Shown one piece after another: positions 1 to 8,941 of a stretch of DNA of 64,000 bases. The translations under genes were made by a program, and so were the position numbers. Every line of letters starts with the position of its first letter. Position 1 is the stretch's first letter. The stretch lies in IMG/VR virus record IMGVR_UViG_3300027736_001324, positions 124,001 through 188,000 of that record; one strand, written 5' to 3'. The notes beneath the pieces are model-generated. The model had not been told where the DNA came from and did not search any database. It saw only the letters and a program-made list of their open reading frames with translations.

Positions 1-53
1 GGTAAATAAACCTCACTTAAAAGGTGAGGTTTACCACATCTGGCATAAATACA

Positions 54-82
54 TTGACAGGTTGAGAAAGTAGTGCTATACT
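54..82 (+). promoter_or_regulatory. sigma70-type promoter for the SSB gene, preceded by a late-type CATAAATA box at 44-51
   Basis: TTGACA (54-59), 17-bp spacer, TATACT (77-82). Confidence 0.7.
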
Positions 83-161
83 TACTCATCGTGTTAGTTA
101 CTTCATAGTGAAGTAGCGAATTAAAAACGAGACCATCTCAAATTTATAAGGAAATATTATT

Positions 162-1166
162 ATGGCATCATTAGCAGAAATCCGCGCACGTATCGCAGCG
201 CAAGACAATAAGTCAACAACAAAGAGTTCTAACACTCAATCAGATAATTCTATCTACCCCCACTGGAATATGGACGAAGGCACAACAGCCGCAATTCGTT
301 TCTTGCCCGATGGCGACACAAAGAACGAATTCTTCTGGGTAGAAAAACAAATCATTAAACTTCCATTCAATGGAGTTAAAGGACATCCTGAAATGAAACA
401 GGTTGTTGTTCAAGTACCTTGCGTTGAAATGTATAACGATGGTTCAACTTGTCCTATTTTGGCTGAGGTTCGCCCTTGGTACAAAGATGAGACATTGAAA
501 GAAATGGCAAACAAATATTGGAAGAAGCGTAGTTACATCTTTCAAGGCTTTGTACGTCAGAACCCACTTGGTGATGACAAGACTCCTGCGAATCCAATTC
601 GTAGATTCGTTATCAGCCCACAAATTATCCCAATCGTTAAGAGTGGATTACTTGATCCTGAAATCATGGAATTGCCTACAGATTATACACGTGGTCTTGA
701 CTTCAATATTAAGAAGTCTAGCAAAGGTGGCTATGCTGATTACAGTACAAGTAACTGGGCACGTAGAGAAACAGCATTGACTGAGGTTGAACAAACAGCA
801 ATCGAGGCACATGGATTGTTTGACCTTAGTACATTTTTACCGAAGAAGCCAGGTGAAGCTGAATTGCGTATTTTGAAAGAAATGTTTGAAGCATCAGTAG
901 ATGGTCAACCATACGACAACGAACGTTGGGGACAATACTATCGTCCATGGGGCTTAGATGCTCCAGCTGGTTCACAAACTGAAGCAGCGCCCTTGCCAAC
1001 TCGCACTGCACCAGCAGCACCCGCAGGTCTACCCGCTTGGGAAGATGATGTTGCGGCAGCAGAAGCATCTTTCACTAGTCCAGTTGTAGTTCCTACAGCG
1101 GCTCCGTCAAGTGATAAAGCACAAGACATTCTAGCAATGATTCGTGCTAGACAAAACAAGTCTTAA
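162..1166 (+). CDS. T4 gp32-like single-stranded DNA-binding protein
   Basis: AIRFLP, CxE...CPI, ANKYWKKR and KxxxGGYADYSTS motifs typical of gp32; upstream of uvsX and uvsY. Confidence 0.9.
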   Translation: MASLAEIRARIAAQDNKSTTKSSNTQSDNSIYPHWNMDEGTTAAIRFLPDGDTKNEFFWVEKQIIKLPFNGVKGHPEMKQVVVQVPCVEMYNDGSTCPILAEVRPWYKDETLKEMANKYWKKRSYIFQGFVRQNPLGDDKTPANPIRRFVISPQIIPIVKSGLLDPEIMELPTDYTRGLDFNIKKSSKGGYADYSTSNWARRETALTEVEQTAIEAHGLFDLSTFLPKKPGEAELRILKEMFEASVDGQPYDNERWGQYYRPWGLDAPAGSQTEAAPLPTRTAPAAPAGLPAWEDDVAAAEASFTSPVVVPTAAPSSDKAQDILAMIRARQNKS

Positions 1167-1171
1167 TCTAA

Positions 1172-1191
1172 ATAGGGGCTACGGCCCCTAT
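1172..1191 (+). terminator. stem-loop with cUACGg tetraloop after the SSB gene (weak terminator or stabiliser)
   Basis: ATAGGGGC-TACG-GCCCCTAT; no long U tract. Confidence 0.55.
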
Positions 1192-1205
1192 CTTAGGAGA
1201 ACACT

Positions 1206-1445
1206 ATGACATTACCAGACGAAAGATATCGTGCCTTAAAGCAAGGCAAAAAATTATTAGAGGAGTTGTGTGATCCTGGACGTACACCACGTGTACCTAG
1301 TTTAATCAGAGACCGCGCAAGAGCCGCACTACGTCACTATCCGCAAGATTGGGAAATTGATTCAATTGCAGAAAAATGTCCCGATATACTTGATAAAATA
1401 TCATATTCTGATAGAATGTATCTTAATGGTACAAATAACCGATAA
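1206..1445 (+). CDS. hypothetical phage protein
   Basis: 79-aa ORF with AGGAG RBS. Confidence 0.75.
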   Translation: MTLPDERYRALKQGKKLLEELCDPGRTPRVPSLIRDRARAALRHYPQDWEIDSIAEKCPDILDKISYSDRMYLNGTNNR

Positions 1446-1465
1446 CAAAGAAAGAGAGATTATCA

Positions 1466-2533
1466 ATGGCAAAACCATTTGACGTATCGAAATTTAGAAA
1501 AGAAATTACTAAGTCAATTGAAGGACTTAGCATAGGATATAACGATCCAACAGATTGGATCAGTACAGGAAATTATGGACTTAATTATCTCATTAGCGGG
1601 GATTTTAATAAAGGCGTTCCTCTTGGTAAAGTTACTGTCTTTGCCGGAGAGTCTGGATCAGGAAAATCATTCATCTGCTCAGGAAACCTCGTCAGACACG
1701 CACAACAACAAGGAATCTACGTTGTCTTAATTGATAGCGAAAACGCCTTAGATGAAAAATGGCTACACGCATTGGGTGTAGATACAAGCGAAACTAAATT
1801 GCTTAAACTAAACATGGCTATGATTGATGATGTGGGTAAGACTATATCAGAATTTATGAAGTCATACAAACTAATGGCAGAAGATGATAAACCAAAAGTA
1901 TTGTTTGTCATTGACAGTCTTGGTATGCTATTGACTCCAACTGACGTTAATCAGTTTGAAGCAGGTGATATGAAAGGTGATATGGGTCGTAAGCCTAAAG
2001 CACTAACAGCACTTGTTCGTAATTGTGTTAATATGTTTGGTAGTCACAATGTAGGATTGGTTGCTACTAATCACACATACGCAAGTCAAGATATGTTTGA
2101 CCCAGATGATAAAATCAGTGGTGGTCAGGGATTTGTTTACGCAAGTTCAATCGTAGTTGCTATGAAGAAACTCAAACTCAAAGAGGATGAAGATGGTAAC
2201 AAGGTTAGTGAAGTAAATGGTATTCGTGCTGCTTGTAAGATTATGAAAACTCGCTATGCGAAACCTTTTGAAAGTATTCAAGTTAAGATTCCGTATGAAA
2301 CAGGCATGAGTCCTTATAGTGGCTTAACTGATATGCTTGAGAAGTCTAATGCATTGAAAAAAGAAGGCAACAGTTTAGTTTATGTAACTGAAGATGGTGA
2401 AATTCTTAAAGCGTTTCGTAAGGGTTGGGAAGCCAACAAAGACGGAATACTTGACAAGGTGATGCTTGAATATACTGGAAAAACTAAAAGTGTGATAAGT
2501 AATGTAACATCTACGGAGGAAGTTACAGAATGA
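1466..2533 (+). CDS. uvsX: RecA-like recombinase UvsX
   Basis: Walker A GESGSGKS, IDSENALD, VIDSLG, NHTY and SGG motifs. Confidence 0.93.
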   Translation: MAKPFDVSKFRKEITKSIEGLSIGYNDPTDWISTGNYGLNYLISGDFNKGVPLGKVTVFAGESGSGKSFICSGNLVRHAQQQGIYVVLIDSENALDEKWLHALGVDTSETKLLKLNMAMIDDVGKTISEFMKSYKLMAEDDKPKVLFVIDSLGMLLTPTDVNQFEAGDMKGDMGRKPKALTALVRNCVNMFGSHNVGLVATNHTYASQDMFDPDDKISGGQGFVYASSIVVAMKKLKLKEDEDGNKVSEVNGIRAACKIMKTRYAKPFESIQVKIPYETGMSPYSGLTDMLEKSNALKKEGNSLVYVTEDGEILKAFRKGWEANKDGILDKVMLEYTGKTKSVISNVTSTEEVTE

Positions 2534-2775
2534 GTTTAGACGTTATATCAGAAGTTTGGGATGCATTACGTGAGCATATTGATTTAAGTGAACGTGATGA
2601 TGCGGCAGATACACTTGTCAATTTTTTAATTGATAATAATTATGAGATAGATGATATCAAAGATGCCTTCAAGGACAAAGATATTACTAAAGCATTAAAA
2701 GGTTACGCTGAAGAACATTTCCAAGAAGATGATTACGAAGAATTTGAAGAAGAAGATTTAGACGAATGGGATTAA
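2530..2775 (+). CDS. highly acidic hypothetical protein
   Basis: 81 aa, about 30 Asp/Glu; ATGA overlap with uvsX; GGAGG RBS. Confidence 0.75.
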   Translation: MSLDVISEVWDALREHIDLSERDDAADTLVNFLIDNNYEIDDIKDAFKDKDITKALKGYAEEHFQEDDYEEFEEEDLDEWD

Positions 2776-3237
2776 ATGTCAAATTGGTATACAAGAGTAT
2801 CAGTGAATTTAGGTGTAATCCCTGATTTCATTCAGCACTTTGAATCTGAGTTAGAACAAGCAAAACGTGAAGTAAAGGTATACGGCAATGTTGAAAAGAA
2901 CATTGCTGCTATTCCTGGTGTCACCGAACATAGATTCAATCAATTACAAGAAGTAGAAGCGGTACTTAACTTGCTCAATATTAGATTAAAGAAGATTCGC
3001 CGAACTCATTTTCAAAAATATTTAGAAGCGTATAATAGAGCATTGACAAGCCGTGATGCTGAAAAGTATGCTGAAGGCGAAGATGAAGTAATTGATATGG
3101 AAGTATTGATTAATGAAGTCGCTTATCTTAGAAATCGTTGGCTTGGTATAATGAAGGGCTTAGAGGCCAAACAGTGGCAGATGGGTCATATCGTGCGGTT
3201 ACGCACAAGTGGAATGGAAGATATTACAATTGGCTAA
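2776..3237 (+). CDS. uvsY: recombination mediator UvsY-like protein
   Basis: helical 153-aa protein with KYxEGExEV and KGLEAKQWQM, resembling UvsY; position after uvsX. Confidence 0.7.
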   Translation: MSNWYTRVSVNLGVIPDFIQHFESELEQAKREVKVYGNVEKNIAAIPGVTEHRFNQLQEVEAVLNLLNIRLKKIRRTHFQKYLEAYNRALTSRDAEKYAEGEDEVIDMEVLINEVAYLRNRWLGIMKGLEAKQWQMGHIVRLRTSGMEDITIG

Positions 3238-4087
3238 TTCAAATATATTAAATCAAATCGCAGCAAGAAACCTTAAATCATCTGGTGTTATTGCCGGTGC
3301 TAACGGTAATCACCATACAATCACAATGGGTAACATTCAACCATTAACTTCACTTACACTTAGTGGATTGAATGGTACAAGTAATGATTGGGATATATTT
3401 GGTAATAAAAATGTTAAGAAATATGAGGTGTTTGAAACCACTGAGGATATTTTAGCATTGAGTGTTACTTGGCATAGGTTGCGTCCATTAATAAGTCATG
3501 GTATTAGTAACATAATAAATCCTAGTAACAGACCAACTAAACTTACTGATGAAGTTTTATTCAAAGAAATAATTCAGGAAGATAGAGATAAGGCTAATGT
3601 TATCCGTGACTATTACAGTAAGAAACTTATGATGTTTACCTTAAAAGGTCAACAACTAACTAGTTATAGAAAAGATTTGAACACATTCATCCATGGTGAT
3701 TGTAAAGTAGTTAAAGAAGAAATGATGCCATTGGTGTATCGTTTACCTGAATTCTATGAGTATGATGTTGGGCTAGATGAAATGTTTTTAGAATTAGATA
3801 CTAGATTTGAAGGATCACAAATTGCGTCATCTACAATAAAAACACTTAATCCAGTAAAGAAATTTACAGTAAAACGCAAAAGTAGAAGATTTGTAGAGTA
3901 TTGGTTGAAGGACGAAGAAAATAAACCTTACAAAATTGAAATTGATTCAAATAATGAATTGATGCACTTGTGGGATTACTTTTATGATAGGGGCAAGTTT
4001 CACGAAATAACACTTGATACTGTAATTAGATTTAGCAATAGGGATAGTATTTCCCATTATAAATTGATTAAGTGGAAATTAGCATAA
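3230..4087 (+). CDS. hypothetical protein (start probably TTG 3230; ORF track gives 3209)
   Basis: long ORF followed by a terminator. Confidence 0.7.
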   Translation: MANSNILNQIAARNLKSSGVIAGANGNHHTITMGNIQPLTSLTLSGLNGTSNDWDIFGNKNVKKYEVFETTEDILALSVTWHRLRPLISHGISNIINPSNRPTKLTDEVLFKEIIQEDRDKANVIRDYYSKKLMMFTLKGQQLTSYRKDLNTFIHGDCKVVKEEMMPLVYRLPEFYEYDVGLDEMFLELDTRFEGSQIASSTIKTLNPVKKFTVKRKSRRFVEYWLKDEENKPYKIEIDSNNELMHLWDYFYDRGKFHEITLDTVIRFSNRDSISHYKLIKWKLA

Positions 4088-4088
4088 T

Positions 4089-4113
4089 AAAACCCCCGGA
4101 ATCGGGGGTTTTT
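4089..4113 (+). terminator. rho-independent terminator
   Basis: AAAACCCCCG-GAAT-CGGGGGTTTTT. Confidence 0.85.
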
Positions 4114-4139
4114 GCTTATGGCCATAGATAAAATTTTGG

Positions 4140-4168
4140 TTGACATTAAATGGTTTTGGGTCTATAAT
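4140..4168 (+). promoter_or_regulatory. early sigma70 promoter cassette P1
   Basis: TTGACA-ttaaatggttttgggtc-TATAAT (17-bp spacer). Confidence 0.9.
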
Positions 4169-4198
4169 AGAGGCTTAGATTGATTAAAGGAGCTAGTT

Positions 4199-4471
4199 AT
4201 GACACAAGTTTACGACCGTTTGACAGACAAAGAAAAGCGTGAAGTTCGTATGTATGGCGTGACCGTAGCAGGTATGCGTGAGTCTGTGGAATCTAGCATC
4301 ACTTTCAAACTGTCCGGTCCTGCTATGATGATTGCTAGCCTCATGAGTGACGCCCAAGAAATGGTCAATACCGAGTACGGTGATGTTGACTATATGCGGG
4401 CTGAAGATGCCCGTCAATGTCTGAATCGTGCTAAGTGGATTTTGTTTGAATATGTAATGAAAAGAGATTGA
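4199..4471 (+). CDS. early hypothetical protein
   Basis: AAGGAG RBS; own promoter. Confidence 0.8.
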   Translation: MTQVYDRLTDKEKREVRMYGVTVAGMRESVESSITFKLSGPAMMIASLMSDAQEMVNTEYGDVDYMRAEDARQCLNRAKWILFEYVMKRD

Positions 4472-4496
4472 CATTAAATGGTTTTGGGTATATAAT
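4468..4496 (+). promoter_or_regulatory. early promoter cassette P2
   Basis: TTGACA-ttaaatggttttgggta-TATAAT; upstream gene's TGA stop lies in the -35 box. Confidence 0.9.
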
Positions 4497-4528
4497 AGAG
4501 ACTTAAACAGTTAATCAACGGAGCAAAT

Positions 4529-4903
4529 ATGTCTGAATTCACTACTTGGGAACAAATGTCTGACTTGGAGCAGGCCCAATGTCAATATTGGGATATGTAC
4601 AAGGACGCTTACGGTGTTCGTCCCCGCGGTGTTGACACCTCTACGTGGACCCTTGCGGACTTTGATGCTGAGTTCCAGTTGCTCGGTGAAATCATCAAGC
4701 AAGAGGACATTGCACGTAAAGCGGCCGAAACTGAGGCTATCGATAGGTTTGAACAGCATGTAACCAACACTATTTGCATGGGTGCCCGTGATCGGGAAAC
4801 AGCATTGCGCTGGATCATGGATGCTAGCAATGCTAACGGTGACTGGGAATATTTGTGTTATGATCTGGGCCTGCCCTATCATTATTTTCGTAAGGTTGCG
4901 TAA
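4529..4903 (+). CDS. early hypothetical protein
   Basis: GGAG RBS; own promoter; YWDMYKDAYGVRPR motif of the kind seen in small early phage proteins. Confidence 0.8.
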   Translation: MSEFTTWEQMSDLEQAQCQYWDMYKDAYGVRPRGVDTSTWTLADFDAEFQLLGEIIKQEDIARKAAETEAIDRFEQHVTNTICMGARDRETALRWIMDASNANGDWEYLCYDLGLPYHYFRKVA

Positions 4904-4912
4904 TCTCAAAAC

Positions 4913-4941
4913 TTGACATTAAATGGATTTGGGTATAAAAT
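4913..4941 (+). promoter_or_regulatory. early promoter cassette P3
   Basis: TTGACA-ttaaatggatttgggta-TAAAAT. Confidence 0.85.
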
Positions 4942-4968
4942 GAACACTTATTCAGTTGAAAGGTGTTT

Positions 4969-5223
4969 ATGAAATTCAATTCTGTTGCATTGTCTGTACT
5001 GTATTTCAAAGTGTCTGTCAAAAAGAAGCCCTATAGCAATGAAGAAATTTGTTTGCTAATTGCTGCTAGTGATCACACTAAGCGAAACGCAAAAGATAAA
5101 GTAATGCTAGGCAAAACATTATACTTTAGAGAATTGCCGCTCTCTACTGAGCAATCTGTAATTGATTCTCATATTGAAAACATTACAAAATTGAACAACT
5201 TTTCAGTTGCCCAAGTGTTGTAA
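4969..5223 (+). CDS. early hypothetical protein
   Basis: ATG 4969 after AAAGGTG; own promoter. Confidence 0.7.
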   Translation: MKFNSVALSVLYFKVSVKKKPYSNEEICLLIAASDHTKRNAKDKVMLGKTLYFRELPLSTEQSVIDSHIENITKLNNFSVAQVL

Positions 5224-5242
5224 AAATACAACATACCCAAAG

Positions 5243-5271
5243 TTGACAATAATTGGCTTTGGGTATATAAT
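5243..5271 (+). promoter_or_regulatory. early promoter cassette P4 with flanking inverted repeats
   Basis: TTGACA-ataattggctttgggta-TATAAT. Confidence 0.88.
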
Positions 5272-5305
5272 ACAATCTTAGACAGTTAATTAAAGGACTT
5301 AGAAA

Positions 5306-5572
5306 ATGGCTAAAAAAATCTCTATCAAAGTGTTCGGTGACCCGGGTCATGCATGGGCCCGCTTCCCCAAAGCAAAGTTGGTCAGTCTTGGTATCGCAGA
5401 TAAAATCTCTACATACAGCTACCAAAATGGTACCAATGCTTTTTTGGAAGAAGATTGTGATTTGTCAGTACTAGTGGTCGCTTTGCGTGACCGTGGATAT
5501 GAGATCAAATTCAACGAAAGCCACGCTAATAAGCAGAGCAAAATCCGCGGATACGCTACATATAGGGCTTGA
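5306..5572 (+). CDS. early hypothetical protein
   Basis: DPGHAW and FLEEDCD motifs; AAGGA RBS. Confidence 0.8.
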   Translation: MAKKISIKVFGDPGHAWARFPKAKLVSLGIADKISTYSYQNGTNAFLEEDCDLSVLVVALRDRGYEIKFNESHANKQSKIRGYATYRA

Positions 5573-5597
5573 CATTAAATGGTTTTGGGTATATAAT
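5569..5597 (+). promoter_or_regulatory. early promoter cassette P5
   Basis: TTGACA-ttaaatggttttgggta-TATAAT, identical to P2; upstream TGA stop lies in the -35 box. Confidence 0.9.
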
Positions 5598-5630
5598 AGA
5601 GTCTTATTCAGTCAACAACAGGAGTTTTAT

Positions 5631-5849
5631 ATGGGCTACAAAGTTATCGCAGACAAACATCAGATGGATGAAATGCGTACCAAGTACGGTCCGCGTAAGG
5701 GGCTAGAAGGTCCTTTCAACTTCTCCGGACGTGTCCTGTATTACGATACTAAAGAAGGCATGTACTATGACCCGACTACGGACTTTTATGTTGAGCGGGA
5801 TGAAATGGATATCATCCATCAGCGTATTGTTAACATTTTGAAGGCATAA
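5631..5849 (+). CDS. early hypothetical protein (true start 5631)
   Basis: AGGAG RBS; GLEGPF...GRVLYYD..EG.YYDP.TD motif. Confidence 0.8.
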   Translation: MGYKVIADKHQMDEMRTKYGPRKGLEGPFNFSGRVLYYDTKEGMYYDPTTDFYVERDEMDIIHQRIVNILKA

Positions 5850-5850
5850 T

Positions 5851-6018
5851 ATGTTTTGGACTATCGTTCTAATCGGTGCAGGATTGTCATCTACCAGTGT
5901 CATGTATGTGGGCCAGTTTGAACAACAGGAAACTTGTGCTAAAGTAGCACAGGAATTTAAGCAGCAAAATATGAAAGCCGCCTGCGTACAAATGACTGGC
6001 GTTCCGGTTAAAAAATAA
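5851..6018 (+). CDS. small 55-aa protein with hydrophobic N-terminus (not in ORF track)
   Basis: MFWTIVLIGAGLSSTSVMYVGQFEQQETCAKVAQEFKQQNMKAACVQMTGVPVKK; fills the gap between stop 5849 and promoter P6. Confidence 0.7.
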   Translation: MFWTIVLIGAGLSSTSVMYVGQFEQQETCAKVAQEFKQQNMKAACVQMTGVPVKK

Positions 6019-6019
6019 T

Positions 6020-6048
6020 TTGACATTAAATGGATTTTCGTGTATCAT
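6020..6048 (+). promoter_or_regulatory. early promoter cassette P6
   Basis: TTGACA-ttaaatggattttcgtg-TATCAT. Confidence 0.8.
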
Positions 6049-6081
6049 AACGGCTTATTCACTTAATTAAAGGAATCAAAA

Positions 6082-6264
6082 ATGATTACTACTCTTGCAC
6101 AATTCATCCAGCAATGTGAAGTGTCCACAAACTATGAGATTTACAAATTGTTTGAATTCAAAACTTCCGAAGAAGTTCGGAACGATGTTTATATGTGGGC
6201 CGATCCTAAGAGCCCGGAACCATTTCGTAGTGCTATGTACAATCTAGGGTTCACCGACTATTGA
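6082..6264 (+). CDS. early hypothetical protein
   Basis: AAGGA RBS; own promoter. Confidence 0.75.
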   Translation: MITTLAQFIQQCEVSTNYEIYKLFEFKTSEEVRNDVYMWADPKSPEPFRSAMYNLGFTDY

Positions 6265-6289
6265 CAATAAATGGGTTTTAGTATATAAT
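6261..6289 (+). promoter_or_regulatory. early promoter cassette P7
   Basis: TTGACA-ataaatgggttttagta-TATAAT; upstream TGA stop lies in the -35 box. Confidence 0.88.
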
Positions 6290-6323
6290 ATAGTCTTAAT
6301 CAGTTAACTAAAGGAATTTATCT

Positions 6324-7358
6324 ATGTCAACAATTCGCATTTTCTCTGGTTCTTATCGTAATAACCCTGTTGCTAATGAAGTGTTTACACTAGTTAAGGG
6401 TTATCAAGTTGGTAAGAAGGGTGGATTTGTTACTGTTAAAAATGACGGACAGTTTGCAATGGGTGGACCTCAGGTCCGTGTCAATGTAGAAAGCATTGAG
6501 GATATTGAATTTTTGAATGGAGAGACAGTGGCAGATAATACAGTAGAGTTTAAAGTCAAGGCAGAAGTGTCCAAAGAAACTGAAGTAGAGGCAATGGACC
6601 GCATTGCACTACGTTTCGGCATTCTTGATGAAATGGCAAGTGCTTGTATCAGCGGTGACATTCGTGCTATGATTGTGTCAGGTCCTCCCGGAGTTGGTAA
6701 GTCACATGGCGTTGAAAAGCAAATGGAAAAGTCAAGCATGTTTGACAAGATTGCCGGCAAGCGTGTTCGTTTCAATGTTGTTAAAGGTGCTATGACTGCA
6801 CTAGGTTTGTACACACAGTTGTACAAATATTCTGACACAAAAAATGTGTTGATTTTTGATGACTGCGACAGTGTGTTTGCTGATGAATTGGCTTTGAACA
6901 TTCTGAAAGCAGCATTGGATAGTGGCAAGACTCGCAAGATTTGCTGGAATAGTGACAGTCGTTTGCTACGTGAAGAAGGTATCCCGAATCAATTCAACTT
7001 TAATGGTAGTGCTATCTTTATCACTAACTTGAAGTTTGAAAACGTGAAAAGCAAGAAATTGCAAGATCACTTGGAAGCACTACAAAGTCGTTGTCACTTT
7101 CTGGACCTCACTATTAATAGTGAGCGTGACAAAATGTTGCGTATCAAGCAGGTCCATCGTGATGCTGATGGTGGGTTGTTTGTTGATTACAACTTTGAAG
7201 AAACCCAATCTACTGAAATTCTAGATTTCATGTGGGAAAATCACGGCAAACTGCGTGAAATGAGTTTGCGTATGTGTTTGAAAATTGCCGATCTAGTTAA
7301 GATCAGCCCAGCAAACTGGAAAAATCTTGCACGTACTACTTGCATGAAGAATGCTTAA
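6324..7358 (+). CDS. P-loop/AAA+ ATPase
   Basis: Walker A GPPGVGKS, Walker B LIFDDCD, FITN sensor, ALQSR arginine finger. Confidence 0.85.
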   Translation: MSTIRIFSGSYRNNPVANEVFTLVKGYQVGKKGGFVTVKNDGQFAMGGPQVRVNVESIEDIEFLNGETVADNTVEFKVKAEVSKETEVEAMDRIALRFGILDEMASACISGDIRAMIVSGPPGVGKSHGVEKQMEKSSMFDKIAGKRVRFNVVKGAMTALGLYTQLYKYSDTKNVLIFDDCDSVFADELALNILKAALDSGKTRKICWNSDSRLLREEGIPNQFNFNGSAIFITNLKFENVKSKKLQDHLEALQSRCHFLDLTINSERDKMLRIKQVHRDADGGLFVDYNFEETQSTEILDFMWENHGKLREMSLRMCLKIADLVKISPANWKNLARTTCMKNA

Positions 7359-7376
7359 TTAAAATATAAGTTTTAT

Positions 7377-7402
7377 AGGGGAACAATTGTTCCCCTTTTT
7401 TT
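7377..7402 (+). terminator. rho-independent terminator
   Basis: AGGGGAACAATTGTTCCCCT palindrome followed by a T run. Confidence 0.85.
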
Positions 7403-7453
7403 GCCTTTATGTTTGCAATTGCTAATTAGTTTATGTTATACTAAGTACTAATT

Positions 7454-8941
7454 ATGAAACAATGTAAAATAATCGTCAGGGATGAAGTCAATGTAAAGAT
7501 TGAAGGTCTAGAATTGACTGAACGTAAATCCCTAGTAAAAATGTTTGAGTACGAAGTGCCCGGTGCAAGGTATCTTCCCGCGGTCCGTCTAGGTAGATGG
7601 AATGGTAAGGTTAGTTTCTTTAGTCTCGGTGGCAGTAGTTATGTCAATCTACTACCCGAAATACTACCCTTCATAGACAGCCGAGACTATGATATTGAAC
7701 TAGAGGACCTTCGTACATATAGTACAACATTCAATTTTGTTGAAGTGTCCGAGGATACGTTCAAACACAAGAATTGGCCCGAAGGTCATCCAATTGCAGG
7801 ACAACCAGTTGTATTGCGTGACTATCAAATATCAATCATTAATGAGTTTTTAAAGAATCCACAATCACTACAAGAAATTGCTACGGGAGCAGGTAAGACA
7901 TTAATCACAGCAGCATTGAGTTGGTCTATTGAAAGTTACGGACGCAGTATTGTTATCGTCCCAAACAAAAGTCTTGTAACACAAACCGAAGCAGATTACA
8001 TTAATCTAGGATTAGATGTTGGTGTGTACTTTGGTGATAGAAAAGAATACAATAAGACGCATACAATCTGTACATGGCAAAGCCTTAACAATATGCTTAA
8101 GAAAACAAAAGCAGGTGAAGCAGAAGTTGAGATTGGTGACTTCTTAGAAGGTGTAGTTTGTGTCATGGTAGATGAGGTTCACATGGCCAAAGCCGACGCA
8201 CTAAAAGAATTGCTTACTGGCGTAATGAGTAACATCCCAATTCGTTGGGGATTGACTGGAACTATACCTAAAGAAAAATTCGCAAGTCAAGCCATCTTTA
8301 TTAGTCTTGGCAATGTTATCAACAAATTATCTGCTAGCGAATTACAAGATAGAGGGGTATTGGCACAATGTCATGTAAACATTGTACAACTACAAGATGG
8401 TGTTGAGTTTAGTAATTACCAATCTGAACTAAAACATTTACTTGAAGATGATAAACGATTAAATAAAATTACTCAATTGGTCGATGTGATTAAGAATAGT
8501 GGCAACACATTGATATTAGTTGATAGAGTAGCAGCAGGTAAAGAACTACATAATAGGTTAGCCGAACTACTACGTAATTTTAAAACAGAATATGATGTTG
8601 TATTTGTATCAGGTAATACCGGTATGGATGAACGCAAAGAACAATATGATGAGGTTGCTACAGCAACTAACAAAATCATTATCGCTACATATGGTGTAGC
8701 AGCAGTTGGTATTAACATTCCCCGAATCTTTAATCTTGTTCTTATTGAACCGGGTAAGAGTTTTGTTCGGGTAATACAAAGTATCGGTCGTGGTATTCGT
8801 AAAGCTGAAGATAAGAACTTTGTTCAGATTTGGGATATCACAAGTAATTGTAAGTTTGCAAAACGGCATCTTACACAAAGAAAAGCATTTTATAAAGAAG
8901 CAAACTATCCATTTGATGTTGAAAAACTTACATATAAATGA
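7454..8941 (+). CDS. uvsW: UvsW-like SF2 DNA helicase
   Basis: LRDYQ, ATGAGKT, DEVH, GLTGT and QSIGRGIR motifs. Confidence 0.9.
   Translation: MKQCKIIVRDEVNVKIEGLELTERKSLVKMFEYEVPGARYLPAVRLGRWNGKVSFFSLGGSSYVNLLPEILPFIDSRDYDIELEDLRTYSTTFNFVEVSEDTFKHKNWPEGHPIAGQPVVLRDYQISIINEFLKNPQSLQEIATGAGKTLITAALSWSIESYGRSIVIVPNKSLVTQTEADYINLGLDVGVYFGDRKEYNKTHTICTWQSLNNMLKKTKAGEAEVEIGDFLEGVVCVMVDEVHMAKADALKELLTGVMSNIPIRWGLTGTIPKEKFASQAIFISLGNVINKLSASELQDRGVLAQCHVNIVQLQDGVEFSNYQSELKHLLEDDKRLNKITQLVDVIKNSGNTLILVDRVAAGKELHNRLAELLRNFKTEYDVVFVSGNTGMDERKEQYDEVATATNKIIIATYGVAAVGINIPRIFNLVLIEPGKSFVRVIQSIGRGIRKAEDKNFVQIWDITSNCKFAKRHLTQRKAFYKEANYPFDVEKLTYK

Noticed and set aside
4140-6289. Repeat-spacer-like pattern resembling a CRISPR array
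   Set aside because: The repeats are sigma70 promoters, the intervening segments are 240-450-bp genes, and no cas genes are present.
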